The notes under the pieces: generated by a model
Databases searched by the model: none
What the model was told of the DNA's origin: nothing
What the model saw: the letters and a program-made list of their open reading frames with translations, nothing else
Shown: positions 1-11,319 of the stretch, one piece after another
Position numbering within the stretch: the first letter of the stretch is position 1
Layout of the letters: each line of letters begins with the position of its first letter
NCBI GenBank assembly: GCA_038087875.1
Contig: CM075985.1
Coordinates: 12,338,001 to 12,402,000 of the forward strand
Direction: 5' to 3'
Source of the DNA: Malacoraja senta
Lineage: Eukaryota
DNA: 64,000 bases
Position numbers and translations under genes: made by a program

Positions 1-199
1 TACCACGGTGAGGGAGATTAATCTGGGGTTGGATAGGTGTGCCCAGATTGGAAACCATGGCTTTTTATTTAATGTTACTTGCGGAGGTGTTACAGGCCCA
101 TCAATGCAATAATACACCAATAAATATACAGTAATCAAGAATACAATAAATGAATAATCAGTAATATTGGGTTACCAGACTATAATAGTGTAAACTGAA

Positions 200-430
200 A
201 CCTATAGTGTAATCACAATAACGCCCGCAGTAGATCATAGTTGCTGGGGTCAGGTTGCGGTTAGTATTGAGCAGTGTTAAGAGCCTGATGGTTGTTGGGA
301 AGAAGTTGTTCTTGAACATGGTCACAATTTTCAGGCTTTGGTACCTTCTTCCCGTTGGTAATAGTGAGATAAAAGTGTGGCCCGTGTGGTGTGGGTCTTT
401 GATGATATTGGTTGTCGTTTTGAGGCAGAA
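200..430 (-). mobile_element. Rex1/Babar-type LINE 3' fragment (degenerate)
   Basis: The reverse complement of 277-320 reads ...FKNNFFPTTIRLLN, matching the C-terminal motif of the other Rex1-like copies in the window. Boundaries approximate. Confidence 0.6.
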
Positions 431-937
431 CTTAGAAGATTACAGCACAGGAACCACAATGTTTGCGACAACATGAAAAGGGTGAGATTCCAGTGGTATC
501 TTAACAAATTGGACATTTATCAGAGATAGATGTACAAAGATCAGAAGGAGAGAGAATCAGAAAATTGAAAAAAACATTTAAAGAGGGAGAAGCTGGAAAA
601 GAAGAGAGACGAGAAAAGCACAGATTAGGAAAAGGCTAGTGAACAAAACTGAGAAAGAGTGGGAGATGTGGACATCATAATAGGATGGCAGAAAATGGCA
701 AACCTGGAGAGACTGAGTCGAATTAGAGATTTGGAGTGGAAAAATATTCCAAAATATAGATCTTGGTCTTATATAGACGTTAAGCTAAATCAGGGCATGT
801 CTTTATCTGAATTCATTTTTCCAACAATTCAATATGTTGTGTCATCACCAACTAATGTTTTCTTCTTAAACAATAAATCACCGGAGCATTTGAGAAGCTT
901 TTCACAAGGCCCAGCATGAGCAGGAGCTGTTTACTGT

Positions 938-1485
938 TTACTCCAGAAATATTACAATCTGGTTTGGGAACTGCTCTGCCCAGGACAAGAAGGCTCTGCA
1001 GAGAGTAGTGTGTTCGGCCCAACGCACAACGGAAACTACACTCGCCCCTCTGCAGGAACTATACATCAGGAGGTGCAACTCCAGAGCCAATAAGATCATG
1101 GGAGACCCCTTCCACCCCTGCAACGGACTATTCCAGCTGCTACGGTCAGGCAAACGCCTCCGTTGCCATGCTGTGAGAACAGAGAGGTTGAGAAGGAGTT
1201 TCTTCCCAGAGGCCATTAGGACTGTAAACTCCTATCTCACCAGGGACTAACTTTACTGAACCACTCTACTGGGTTTTAATAATTGCTGGTTTTTTTCCCC
1301 CTGTTTTTTTCCCCTTTTTCCTTCCGCCCACAATATTTAATATGTAAAAGAATATGTGATTCTATTCTTCCATTCTGTTTGTAGTTTGTTTGTTTTTGTA
1401 TAAAGTCCGCGAGCATTGCCACTTTTCATTTCACTGCACATCTCGTATGTGTATGTGACAAATAAACTTGACTTGACTTGACTTC
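938..1485 (+). mobile_element. Rex1/Babar-type LINE, 5'-truncated 3' end
   Basis: Encodes ITIWFGNCSAQDKKALQRVV...HPCNGLFQLLRSGKRLRCHAVRTERLRRSFFPEAIRTVN, followed by a 3' UTR, AATAAA and an (ACTTG)n tail at ~1466-1485. Confidence 0.85.
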
Positions 1486-2269
1486 AAGTGAACAAGGAAT
1501 TTCATTTTGTGGATGACAACAAACCGCTCCAAATGTGAGTTCTGGTGGAGATTCACAAGCTAACGTAGGATGTGTTTTTTAGTGCACTGGAGCACCTGAT
1601 TGTAGGGACACTAAGTGAGTCTATTAATGCTGATCATCCAAAGAGTTCAATGAAAGCTTGTTTCCATAAAATCTTCTGTTTAATGACTGCGCCGATTGAA
1701 ATTCTAATTTGCATCTTCATTGATAACATGTGAATGTTTGTTCTCTGCCTGCATCTGATTCTCTCGCTGCCCAGTAACCAGTTCCTTTGATCCCTCCTAA
1801 ATGAATCACAAAGCCACAGTCCGCTTAGATTGAAATAGTACAATTGTCCAGCCAAGGGTAAAGCTATCTCCGATTCATCCATTCAACAAACTCACTGCAG
1901 AATAAGATCTGGTTCAATCATCCAAGGAATAGCCAGAAAATTGTACAGATCTCATATCAGATAGAAATTGGATCAAGTCTAGCTCTCTGCGTCCGGACAT
2001 CCTGAATCTCCTATTTAATAGCCAAACATTGATTGTGTTGCTTTGTTACACCAAGATTCAAAACTGAGTAGTTAATAGGTTGAGCAGTTACCTTATTGCA
2101 TTATCAATGTCCCAGTAGTTCTGCGTGGGTTTATGCAACTTAGACTCGGCTTGTACTCCCTTCACTTCCCCTTTTGTCCCGTGACTGAATAAACCCGCAT
2201 TTTTATACATTCTACCTTGGTCATTCTTTACTCCGAGCCTATGTAACAGTTGTATTGGTGAGAGTCACA

Positions 2270-3105
2270 GTCACAGAGTCACAGATTCACAGAGTCACAG
2301 AGTCATGCAGCATGGGAACAGGCCCTTTGGCCCAACTTGTCATGCTGTCCAGGATGCCACAACTAAACTAGTCCCATCTGCCTGTGTTTGATTCATTTCC
2401 CTCGAAACCTTTGCTATCCATGTACCTGTCCAAATGTTTTCTAATTGTTCTTATAGTACCTGCTTCAACAACCTCCTCAGGAATGTCGTTCCATTTATCA
2501 ACCTCTATGTGAAAAGTTTGCCTTTCGGGTTATTAAATCTTTCGCCCCTCGCCTTAAACATATGAACTCCATTTCTTGATTCTCTGACTCTGGATAAAAG
2601 TCTGTGTACATTCATCCTTTCTATTCCCCTCATGATTTAATACACCTCTATAAGACCTCCCCTCAGCCCCTGCACTCCATGGAATAAAGTCCAACCTTGC
2701 ACAACCTTTCCCAATAGCTCGTCCCTGAGTCCGGGCAGCAACCTCGTACATCTTCTCTGCACTCTTTCCAGCTTAATGATAGCCTCCCTACAGCAGGGTT
2801 ATATCCTAGGCTATACTCAATGCCCTGATTGATGAATGTCAATCAACTGAGAGCCCATCTTAACCACACTATCAACTATGACACCACTTTCAGGGAACAA
2901 TGTACCTGTTATGCCAGCACTCCTCAGGGCTATACCATTCACTGTAACGGTCTTCCCCTGGTTTAACTTCCCAAAATACAACACCTTACACTATTCTGCA
3001 TTAAACCTCATTAGCTTTCACTCAGCCCACTTGCTCAGCTGATCAAAATCCTGCTCTAATTTTTGAAAGCCACCATCGGTATCGAAGATATCGCCCACTT
3101 TAGTA
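2270..3105 (-). mobile_element. CR1 LINE 3' fragment (degenerate)
   Basis: (AGTCACAG)n tail at ~2262-2305, followed by reverse-strand remnants of the CR1 RT C-terminus. Confidence 0.7.
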
Positions 3106-3518
3106 TTCGCTAGAATTTAGAAGATTGAGAGGGGATCTTATAGAAACTTACAAAATTCTTAAGGGGTTGGACAGGTTAGATGCAGGAAGATTGTTCCTGA
3201 TGTTGGGGAAGTCCAGAACAAGGGGTCACAGTTTAAGGATAAGGGGGAAGTCTTTTAGGACCGAGATAAGGATTTTTTTTTTCACACAGAGAGTGGTGAA
3301 TCTGTGGAATTCTCTGCCACAGAAAGTAGTTGAGGCCAGTTCATTGGCTATATTTAAGAGGGAGTTAGATGTGGCCCTTGTGGCTAAAGGGATCATGGAG
3401 AGAAGGCAGGTACAGGGTACTGAGTTGGATGATCAGCCATGATCATATTGAATGGCGGTGCAGACTAGAAGAGCCAAATGGCCTATTCCTGCACCTATTT
3501 TCTATGTTTCTATGTTTA
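3106..3518 (+). mobile_element. CR1 LINE 3' end (young)
   Basis: RRLRGDLIETYKILKGLDRLD...RTRGHSLRI...FFTQRVVNLWNSLP motif with a (TTTCTATG)n tail. Confidence 0.9.
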
Positions 3519-4469
3519 GAGTTCTTGAGTTAAACTCCTTGTGGATTTGGATGACATGAAGTGTCCCGGGAGTCAAGTTTGAGAAAATAGGGATTGCAGG
3601 GTCTCGTTTGTGGGAAAGGCGGGTTGGAGAGTTTGGTCACAGCGATGGGAATTCCTGGAGGAAGGGTGAGACTGGGAATCAGGTCTGGGAGAAAGCCATT
3701 TTCAGGGGTTTAGGGAGAGCATTATTGCAGCAGGGTTTTGTGCTGGGATCAAAGGGGTCTATGAATAGTCCAGATCCCCAAAGCTGTAACTGTGGTACAT
3801 AATTCTAGAGAATTTGATCCGGTAGGAAAGGGATTCCAGCAGGTATTCCAACCAGGGAGATTCCGGTGAAAGGTCTGTAAGTAGAAGGCAATTTTGGAGG
3901 ATTTACCCAATCTATATGCAGCCTGAAGGGGATGGTGATCCTTGGGCTGGCTAGAAAACCCTAACAGTGAGCTGGAGGTTTACTCAGTGCTGGGAGACTG
4001 GGAGGTCCACTGTAAGGCTCAAAACCTGGTACATGTTAATAGCTTGCACATACCTGCAGTCACCACAAAAATCCATTTTGAAAATTTGAGCTTCCAAATG
4101 CCTGCCAGAGGCAGACCCTGGAGTTCAAAAGAATTTCTGGAGCCGAACATGGTGTCTGGTGTAATGTTGGTGTAACTCGGGTGCAGCAGAACTGTGAGGC
4201 AAAGTTGAGAACTTTAGCAGCAGAGCAACAGGCTACCCAACGTTTCATTCACCATTATGTGATTCACAGGTGTGTTATGGGCCCTCTGGATCATGGGGGG
4301 AGCAGCAGGTAATTTTGCTGTTGACATGAGAGAGAGATTGTATTGTTTGTTAATGTTTGATAGCATTATTGTAACACAGAAATCAAACTAAAGAAACCCA
4401 CACAAAATGGGGGCTTGCGGTTTAAGAAAGAGACACATCAAGATCAGCTTGGTTTTCCCACCTGACTGT

Positions 4470-4483
4470 GTTGCCACAGCAAC
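4470..4483. promoter_or_regulatory. RFX X-box motif GTTGCCACAGCAAC
   Basis: Matches the RFX consensus GTNRCC-N(0-3)-RGYAAC exactly and lies in apparently unique sequence next to candidate 5' exons of the plus-strand gene. Function not demonstrated. Confidence 0.4.
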
Positions 4484-4659
4484 AGTGATGCAGTGGAGAG
4501 AGGCATTTATAATTGAACAATATCCTGTGAAAGGCAGCCCGCACTAAGGTAGGAAATTAAAGTAATAACTGCAATAATATTCTGCTTTGAACAAAGACTG
4601 ATGACTCACAGGGAGATCCAGCTATTTCACGGTTACATTTCTATCTGGTTTTGGATCAG

Positions 4660-4764
4660 GATGTGTTGTGCATGAAATCATTTAAAAGCACCTGCTATTC
4701 ACCACTTTGCACTGACCACACCATGTCTAAACAGACTGATATTTCAAAGCACATTACTCTCCTG
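4660..4764 (+). CDS. Candidate 5' exon of uncharacterised plus-strand gene (DVLCMKSFKSTCYSPLCTDHTMSKQTDISKHITLL)
   Basis: AG acceptor, open frame, CTG|GTGAGA donor in phase 0, compatible with the exon at 8410. Possible ATG at 4672. Confidence 0.4.
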
Positions 4765-4785
4765 GTGAGAGATGGATGAGTATTT

Positions 4786-5652
4786 TAGAATAGAATGCCA
4801 TTTTATTGTCACTATACATATGTACAATGAGATTAAAAGCAGCTCGTACTCAGTGCAGACATGTAATTAGTTCAAAAAACAAAACAAAAAAACAAAAGGG
4901 GGGGGGGATAAGGTGCACAGTTCTGTGGCGCTATATACATATCTATAAAAGACAATGGGTGAATAGAGTGAATAAATCGGATTCCTATATACAGTATGGG
5001 TTATTGCACATATTAAAAATTACAGTTACAGTACAAATACAGTAGGTGGATAGATGGAAGTCCGGGGGGTTAAGCTGTGAAGTCAGTGCATGTGTGAGTT
5101 CAGAGAGGTTATGGCTTTTGGAAAGCAACTGTTCTTGAGTCTATTTGTCCTTGTTCTGATGCACCTATAGCGCCTCCCTGAGGGCAGCAGGTCGAACAGG
5201 CCAAATGCAGGATGGGAGCTGTCCTTGATGATGTTCTTCGCCCTGCTGAGGCAGCGGGAGGTGTAAATGTCCATCAGGGAGGGGAGAGGGCAGCCAATGA
5301 TCTTCTGTGCTGCCCTAACTACCCTCTGGAGCCTCTCCCTGTCTGCCGTGGTGCAGCTGCCGTACCATGCTGTAATGCAGTATGTAAGCAGGCTCTCAAT
5401 GGACGAGCGGTAGAAGGTCAACAGCAGGTTGGAGTCCAGGTTGTGCTTCCTGAGGACCCTCAGGAAGTGCAGCCGCTGCTGAGCCTTCTTGATGATCGCT
5501 GTGATGTTGTCTGTCCAGGAGATGTCAGCGGAGATGAGGACGCCGAGAAACCGGAAGGTGTAGACCCTCTCCACACACTCGCCGTTGATGTATAGGGGGG
5601 CTAAGTCGGTGCTGTGCCTCCTGAAGTCGACAATGAGCTCTTTTGTTTTTGA
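4786..5652 (-). mobile_element. Rex1/Babar-type LINE 3' part (young)
   Basis: ORF 5083-5652 reads KTKELIVDFRR...FRFLGVLIS...KKAQQRLHFLRVLRK...FYRSSIESLLTYCITAWYG...RTNRLKNSCFPKAI. (TTCTA)n-type tail near 4786. Confidence 0.9.
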
Positions 5653-6056
5653 AAAGGTAGCTAAAGATGACAGGAATTTCGATGTATATTTCCAGCACTT
5701 AGTACAGTACAGCACAGGAGCAGGCCCTTTGGCCCACAATGTCTGTGCCAAACATGATGCCAAGTTAAAACTAATCTCTTCTGCCTGCATGTGATCCATA
5801 ACCCACCATTCCCATAACTATAAATTATGGAATTTAATACAGAATTTAATACAGAGAAGTGTGAGGTGTTGCATTTTGGGAAGTCTAACAAGGGGAGGAC
5901 ATACACAGTAAATGCTAGGCCTCTGGGTAGTGTTGTAGAGTAGAGGGATCTAGCAGTGCAGGTGCATGGTTCCTTGAAGGTCGAGTCACAGGTCGATAAG
6001 GTGGTCAAAAAGGCTTTTGCACATTGGCCTTCATCAGTCAGAGTATTGAGTATAGA

Positions 6057-6599
6057 AGGTACACAAAAATGCTGGAGAAACTCAGCGGGTGCAGCAGCAT
6101 CTATGGAGCGAAGGAAATAGGCAACGTTTCGGCTGAAACCCTTCTTCAGTCTGATAGGGGGTGGGGAGAAGAAAGGAAAAAAGGCGGAGGAGGAGCCCGA
6201 GGGCTGGGGGATGGGAGGAGACAACCAGAGGGCTGATGAAGGGGAGGGGACAGCAAGGGCTAGCAGAGTTGGGAGAATTCAATGTTCATACCCCCAGGAT
6301 GTAGACTGCCCAAGCGGAATATGAGGTGTATTTTCTCCAATTCTGCCCTTGCTGTCCCATCCCCTTCTCAGCCCTCTGGTTGTCTCCTCCCATCCCCCAG
6401 CCCTCGGGCTCCACCTCCGCCTTTTTTCCTTTTTTCCTTTCTTCCTTTCTTCTCCCCATCCCCTATCAGTCTGAAGAAGGGTTTCGGCCCGAAACGTTGC
6501 CTATTTCCTTCGCTCCATAGATGCTGCTGCACCCGCTGAGTTTCTCCAGCATTTTTGTGTACCTTCGATTTTCCAGCATCTGCAGTTCCTTCTTTAACA
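6057..6599. mobile_element. Penelope-like (Neptune) insertion with inverted terminal arms
   Basis: The left arm is nearly identical to the PLE end at 49018-49310 and the right arm is its reverse complement plus a ~35-nt tail. TSD TATTGAGTATAGA at 6044-6056 and 6600-6612. Confidence 0.85.
6471..6498 (+). ncRNA. Minimal hammerhead-ribozyme-like motif in PLE terminal repeat
   Basis: CTGAAGA-A-GGGT(TTCG)GCCC-GAAAC-GTT: CUGANGA core, stem II, GAAA core and an NUH triplet. Stem I is weak and activity is untested. Confidence 0.5.
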
Positions 6600-7504
6600 T
6601 ATTGAGTATAGAGGTTGGTGCAGTTGTATAAGACGTTGATGAGACCACATTTAGAATATTGTGTTCAGTTCTGGGCACCATGTTATAAGAAAGATATCAC
6701 CAAGCTTGAAAAGGTTCAGAAAAGATTTACAAGGTTGTTGCCAGGACTAGAGGATGTGAGCTATAGGGAGAGGTTGAGTAGGCTGAATCTCTATTCCTTG
6801 GAGCGCAGGAGGATGGGGGGTGATCTTGTCGAGGTGTACAAAATCATGAGAGGAATAGATTGGGTAGATGCACAGAGTCTGTTGCCCAGAGTAGGGGAAT
6901 CGAGGACCAAAGGACATAGGTTCAAGGTGAAGCGGAAAAGATTTAATAGGAATCCAAGGGGTTCACACAAAGGGTGGTGGGTGTATGGAACAAGCTGCTA
7001 GAGGAGGCAGTTGAGGCTGGGATTATCTCATAATTTAAGAAACAGTTAGACAGGTACATGGATAGGACAGTTTTGGAGGGATATGGACCAAGCGCAGGCA
7101 GGTGGGACTGGTGTAGCTGGGACATTGTTGGCCGGTGTGGACAAGTTGGGCCGAAGGGCCTGTTTCTACACTGTATCACTCTATGACTTTATTCCCAACA
7201 TATCCATATCTAATAACCTTTTAAACACCACCTTTGTATCGGCTTCCACCACCAAACTTTATAACGTTTTTCAAGCTCCAACATGACTTCCTGACTGATA
7301 CTCAAACCCCCCGACTGGTGAAGGCAAGTATACCATGCACCTTTACCAATGTATATACTGTTTATGGTAAAGTCCCTTTTAGCAGACTGTTGATCAATCT
7401 AATGTCCAAACATTGTCCTGTTGGGAAATTAATTGAATGGCAGAAGACAATGAGCACAGAATGTTGGTGATCTAATTTTAGGATTTTACAATTATAATTA
7501 GAAA

Positions 7505-7890
7505 TAGATTCACAGAGTCTAGAAACAGCCCTTCGACCCAGCTCATCCATACTAACCAAGTTGCTTAGCTGAGCTAGTCCCACTGCCTATGCTTGGCCCA
7601 TATCTCTCCAAACGTTTCCTATACATGTACCTGTCTAGGTTTCTTTTAAATGTCATAATTGTAGGTACATCTCCCACTTCCTCTGGCAGTGCATTACAGG
7701 TTACTCTGTGTGGAAAAAGATGCCCCTCAGGTCTATTTTAAATCTTTCCCATCTCACCTTAAAACTAAGCCCTCTAGTTTTCGACTCCTCTATCCTGGGA
7801 CTATGGATATTCACCTTTTCTACCTCTATAAGGTCACCCCTCGGCCTCCAACGCTGCAGGAAAAAAAGACCCAGCTTATCAAGTATTCTT
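7505..7890 (-). mobile_element. CR1 LINE 3' end (degenerate)
   Basis: Reverse-strand CR1 3' UTR and RT C-terminal remnants. Confidence 0.65.
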
Positions 7891-8029
7891 TATTTAACCT
7901 GGGGAGGGGTAGGGGGTTGGTGTCTATACTTAAAAATAACAGTTCTGTTCAGACAAAAATTATTAGAAGCAATTTCTGTGGCTCAGCATGAGTCAGGTTC
8001 CAAGTATGAAGCTGTAGTGACAAAGCGGA

Positions 8030-8360
8030 GATGCAAGGAACTGCAGATGCTGGAATCTTGAGCAAAGTACAGGGTGCTGGAGTAACTCAGCGAGTCAGGC
8101 AGCATCTGTGGAGGGAATGGGCAGGTGACGTTTTGGGTCGGGACCCTTCTTTGGACAGATTGTAGTGGAGGGAGAAAGCTGGAAAGGCGAGGTGGGGACG
8201 AGACAAAGCCTGGCAAGTGATAGGTGGGTACAGGAGAGGAAGGGTTGATTGGAAGATGGGTGGAGTATGTGATAAAGACAAGAGAAGAAAAGGAGACAAA
8301 GGGTGTCATATAAGGAGAGAAGAGAAATGTAAAGCCCGAGAGAGAGAGGTATAGGTGGAA
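8030..8360 (-). mobile_element. Penelope-like terminal-repeat fragment
   Basis: AAGGAACTGCAGATGCTGG...GCTGGAGTAACTCAGCG...GTGACGTTTTGGGTCGGGACCCTTCTT, homologous to the PLE termini elsewhere in the window. Confidence 0.7.
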
Positions 8361-8409
8361 TCAGTTAAGGAAAGAAGTTGTAAAACCTCTATCTTTGTTC
8401 TGCTGGCAG

Positions 8410-8499
8410 ATGTATAGCAAGATGTGTGGAGTCTACAGCCCTGAAACACTCCTGGATATTCTGTTGGAGCAAGAGAGAAAACAAGACCAGTCGGAGCAG
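8410..8499 (+). CDS. Candidate exon of uncharacterised gene (MYSKMCGVYSPETLLDILLEQERKQDQSEQ)
   Basis: Pyrimidine tract plus CAG acceptor, 90-nt open frame, CAG|GT donor, phase 0-0. Confidence 0.6.
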
Positions 8500-8668
8500 G
8501 TATCTGATCACACACATAGCAGGCTATTTCCCCAGATATTAACCCTCATGGAGGGAGCTGCCCCCCAGACCCTGACTGTTACCGTAGCAGAGGTCCAGGG
8601 GCAGTGTCACCATGGTGCAGTTCACAGAGACTGACTGTCATTGAGGTACAATACCACACACACTGGCT

Positions 8669-8837
8669 CTCCCTGGGGTACAGTTCCCCAGACATTGACT
8701 CCCTTGGGTACAGTTCCCTAGACATTGACTCCCTGGGGTACAGTTCCCCAGACATTGACTCCCTGGGGTACAGTTCCCCAGACATTGACACCCTGGGGTA
8801 CAGTTCCCCAGACATTGACTCCCTGGGGTACAGTTCC
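8669..8837. repeat. 30-bp minisatellite, about 5.6 copies (CCCTGGGGTACAGTTCCCCAGACATTGACT)
   Basis: Direct tandem units visible in the sequence with few substitutions. Confidence 0.95.
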
Positions 8838-9056
8838 TTGCAGTCTACTCTGAGTAAGGTCCTGTTCCACAACATATTAATCACACAGAACAGGTAGCAA
8901 TGGTCCATGCAGTCTGTCCTGACCTCTGGATGTCAGTAGGCGATGGTTTCTGTCCCAATTACTCAGAGCGGCTGAAGTCCCAGCAGTGTGTGCTCACCAG
9001 CAGCCTGTGGATTGATGCCGAGGCCTCGCTGTAAAGGCAGTTTGATTCACCTTTAG

Positions 9057-9274
9057 TCCCTGACTCTCCGATCCTTGTGCTGCAGCTGTGGTGGAATGTG
9101 CAGATGCAGAACAGCTGGAGTAGGGATCGACTGTCTCTCCCTGAGCCCCCTGGATCCATTCTCTGATGTGAACGAGTGTCGCATGTCGATGGAAACATGG
9201 CAACCCTGTGTCACACCAAACAATGCCAAAGCTGGAAGTGAGGAAGGAAAAAACAAGTCGAGCAATCTCCAATT
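9057..9274 (+). CDS. Candidate exon of uncharacterised gene (SLTLRSLCCSCGGMCRCRTAG...KNKSSNLQL)
   Basis: CTTTAG acceptor, open frame, GTAAGC donor, phase 0-2. Confidence 0.4.
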
Positions 9275-9835
9275 GTAAGCACGGAGATATTTTCACTGTA
9301 CTGGATGTGTGATGGGACTATTGACGGGAAAAAATTACTCTGCATCAAACCCTGGTTGTATTTTCCCTTGAAATTATTGATGGGCCAGTGTGAAGGGTGT
9401 TTTACTTTGTACACAACCTGTGCTGTACCTGCCATGTAATGGATGATTGATACTTCATCAAATGAGAAAGATGAATGGCTTGTCGTAAACTTGGTTGAGC
9501 ATCACGTTGCAGCTGATGGATGTTGTGTGTCTGGGTGGGCAGTGCTGAGTTTGAGTGAGGGAGTGAGAAACATGATTGTGAATGATCATGGCATGTGAAT
9601 GAGTGATAGAGTGGTCCACTCCACAAGCTGCCCCCACAGGTTAACACGGTGGTGAGTGAGTGACTGTGTCTGTGTGCGAGAGAGTTTAGCACTGAGGGAG
9701 TGACCACAGAACTGACCCATGCAGCAGTGAGAAACTGTGGGAGTAACGGAGCAATGGAGAGAGTGACGAGAATGGTGTGAGTCAGTGTGAGACGGCAGCA
9801 GTGACTGACTGATGGAAGCTGCAGTGTTTTCACAG

Positions 9836-9921
9836 GATGAGGAATTTGAACTGGAGAGTTGGAAGGCACAGCTCGAGTACCTCAGCAGTGTGCAGCAGGA
9901 GCGATATCGAGTCAGCACCAG
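9836..9921 (+). CDS. Candidate exon of uncharacterised gene (DEEFELESWKAQLEYLSSVQQERYRVSTR; frame ambiguous)
   Basis: TTTTCACAG acceptor and CAG|GTGCGT donor. Two frames are open. Confidence 0.55.
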
Positions 9922-10377
9922 GTGCGTACCAGCATCAAGAGTTACTTGGGGTACGTGAATTTCCCCAACACCCAAGCTTATGGATGTGTTGCTGGAAAAC
10001 ACACCAGCAGTGCACTGGCTGTGTAATCAATCACACGCACACCACAAGTAAACTGTGGTACTGGTTCACACACACCAGGACTACATTGTGTGCTGTACTG
10101 AGTCACACTGACTGGGAATACAACAGAAGTGATATTGAGTCACTACGTGAATACCATGTGTACTAAATCACACTTTCCAGGCTTCAATATAGGGTCCTGC
10201 CGTTCATAAGGCTGTGAAGCTGGGAGAGTCTCCACAGGAGGGTTTAACTCAGTTGCTGTAATGTACACAACCTCGCGTTTTAAGAGCTGCAATGTTTATT
10301 TCACCTCATGCTTTCCACATTCTACATTGTTCACGATTTTTTCCTCTGACGCTGATGACCTTGGTTTTTCGTTGCAG

Positions 10378-10550
10378 ATGGGCAGTGGGTGGAGTGTCTG
10401 CTGTCATTTCATGATGATGGACAAGACATGGAATGCCCAGGTCCTGAGGGCGAGGATGTTGTGTCAAAATCACACTTTCTCCAGCTGGTGGAGCAGACGT
10501 ACCAAATGCTCTTTGAACGGCTCCAGCAAGAGAGACTACAGAAACATTGG
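10378..10550 (+). CDS. Candidate exon of uncharacterised gene (GQWVECLLSFHDDG...HFLQLVEQTYQMLFERLQQERLQKHW)
   Basis: TTTTTCGTTGCAG acceptor, helical-looking peptide, TGG|GTATGG donor. Its phase does not join directly to 11320. Confidence 0.55.
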
Positions 10551-11319
10551 GTATGGAGAGATAATGGGTTGAAGTGAGGAAATGGGGGTATCTTGAGAAT
10601 GTTGGGGGACAGTGAGGCTAGTGGGAGATGCTGATGGTTGATGCACAGAGCAATGATTAGGATTCTGGGAGTAGGAGCAACGGTAGGGAGTTGATGATGT
10701 AAGGTTGGTTGAGAGTGGGGGGTTTGGAGTTGGGTTTAAGATCGTAGATTTACAGCGGAGAGTGAAATTGAAAGTGGGTTGGTAATGAAGGTGGGGTTAG
10801 GGATTAAGGGTGGTGTTTGTGCAGGGGCTTGGTTATTGGAGGGGAAGCAGGGGATTAGGACTGAGGATGGATTGTCTATGCCAGAGAGGAGAGCAAGCAG
10901 AGGTGAATGACACATATGGTAAATGACCTGAACTGCAAACTCTCCCTCATTTTCAACCGATGCTGCCCAACCAGCTGAGTACTTCCAGCATTTTTTTTCC
11001 AGATTTTTAGTGTCTGCTGTATTTGCAGACACTAGTGTATTTGCTTTACAAATACTGCCTGTCATTTCTCATCTGTGAATGCCCACCTTGCTCTGCTTGT
11101 CTCTACCTGCTTGCTCTCATAGGGCTTAGTTTTCTTTTGCATTTGATGTGGGTGTTGACAAAAGTTCGCCCTCTACTTATGTCATTACCATTTTGCGTGC
11201 CGTGATTGGAGAGTGGATTTGGGTTAGGTTTGGGGATGGAGTTGGGTTCAGTGATCGGAAGGTGAGGCTGAGCTGGGGAATCTGCCTGCCACTGAAGCAC
11301 CTTCTCTTTTCATTCTCAG

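Larger units (their letters stand above)
5840..7186 (+). mobile_element. CR1 LINE 3' region, interrupted by a PLE insertion
   Basis: FNTEKCEVLHFGKSN...LYKTLMRPHLEYCVQFWAP...LEKVQKRFTRLLPGL...LYSLERRRMGGDLVEVYKIM. Confidence 0.9.

Noticed and set aside
4109-4308. Open exon-like segment (RQTLEFKRISG...NCEAKLRTLAAEQQATQRFIHHYVIHR)
   Set aside because: Plausible, but its end phase does not join the downstream candidate exons. Not supportable without transcripts.
5083-5799. 238-aa ORF as a host gene
   Set aside because: It is the Rex1/Babar RT C-terminus fused by chance to flanking repeat sequence.
8669-8837. CRISPR-like array (30-bp palindromic repeats)
   Set aside because: No unique spacers, no cas genes, eukaryotic intron. 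It is a simple minisatellite.
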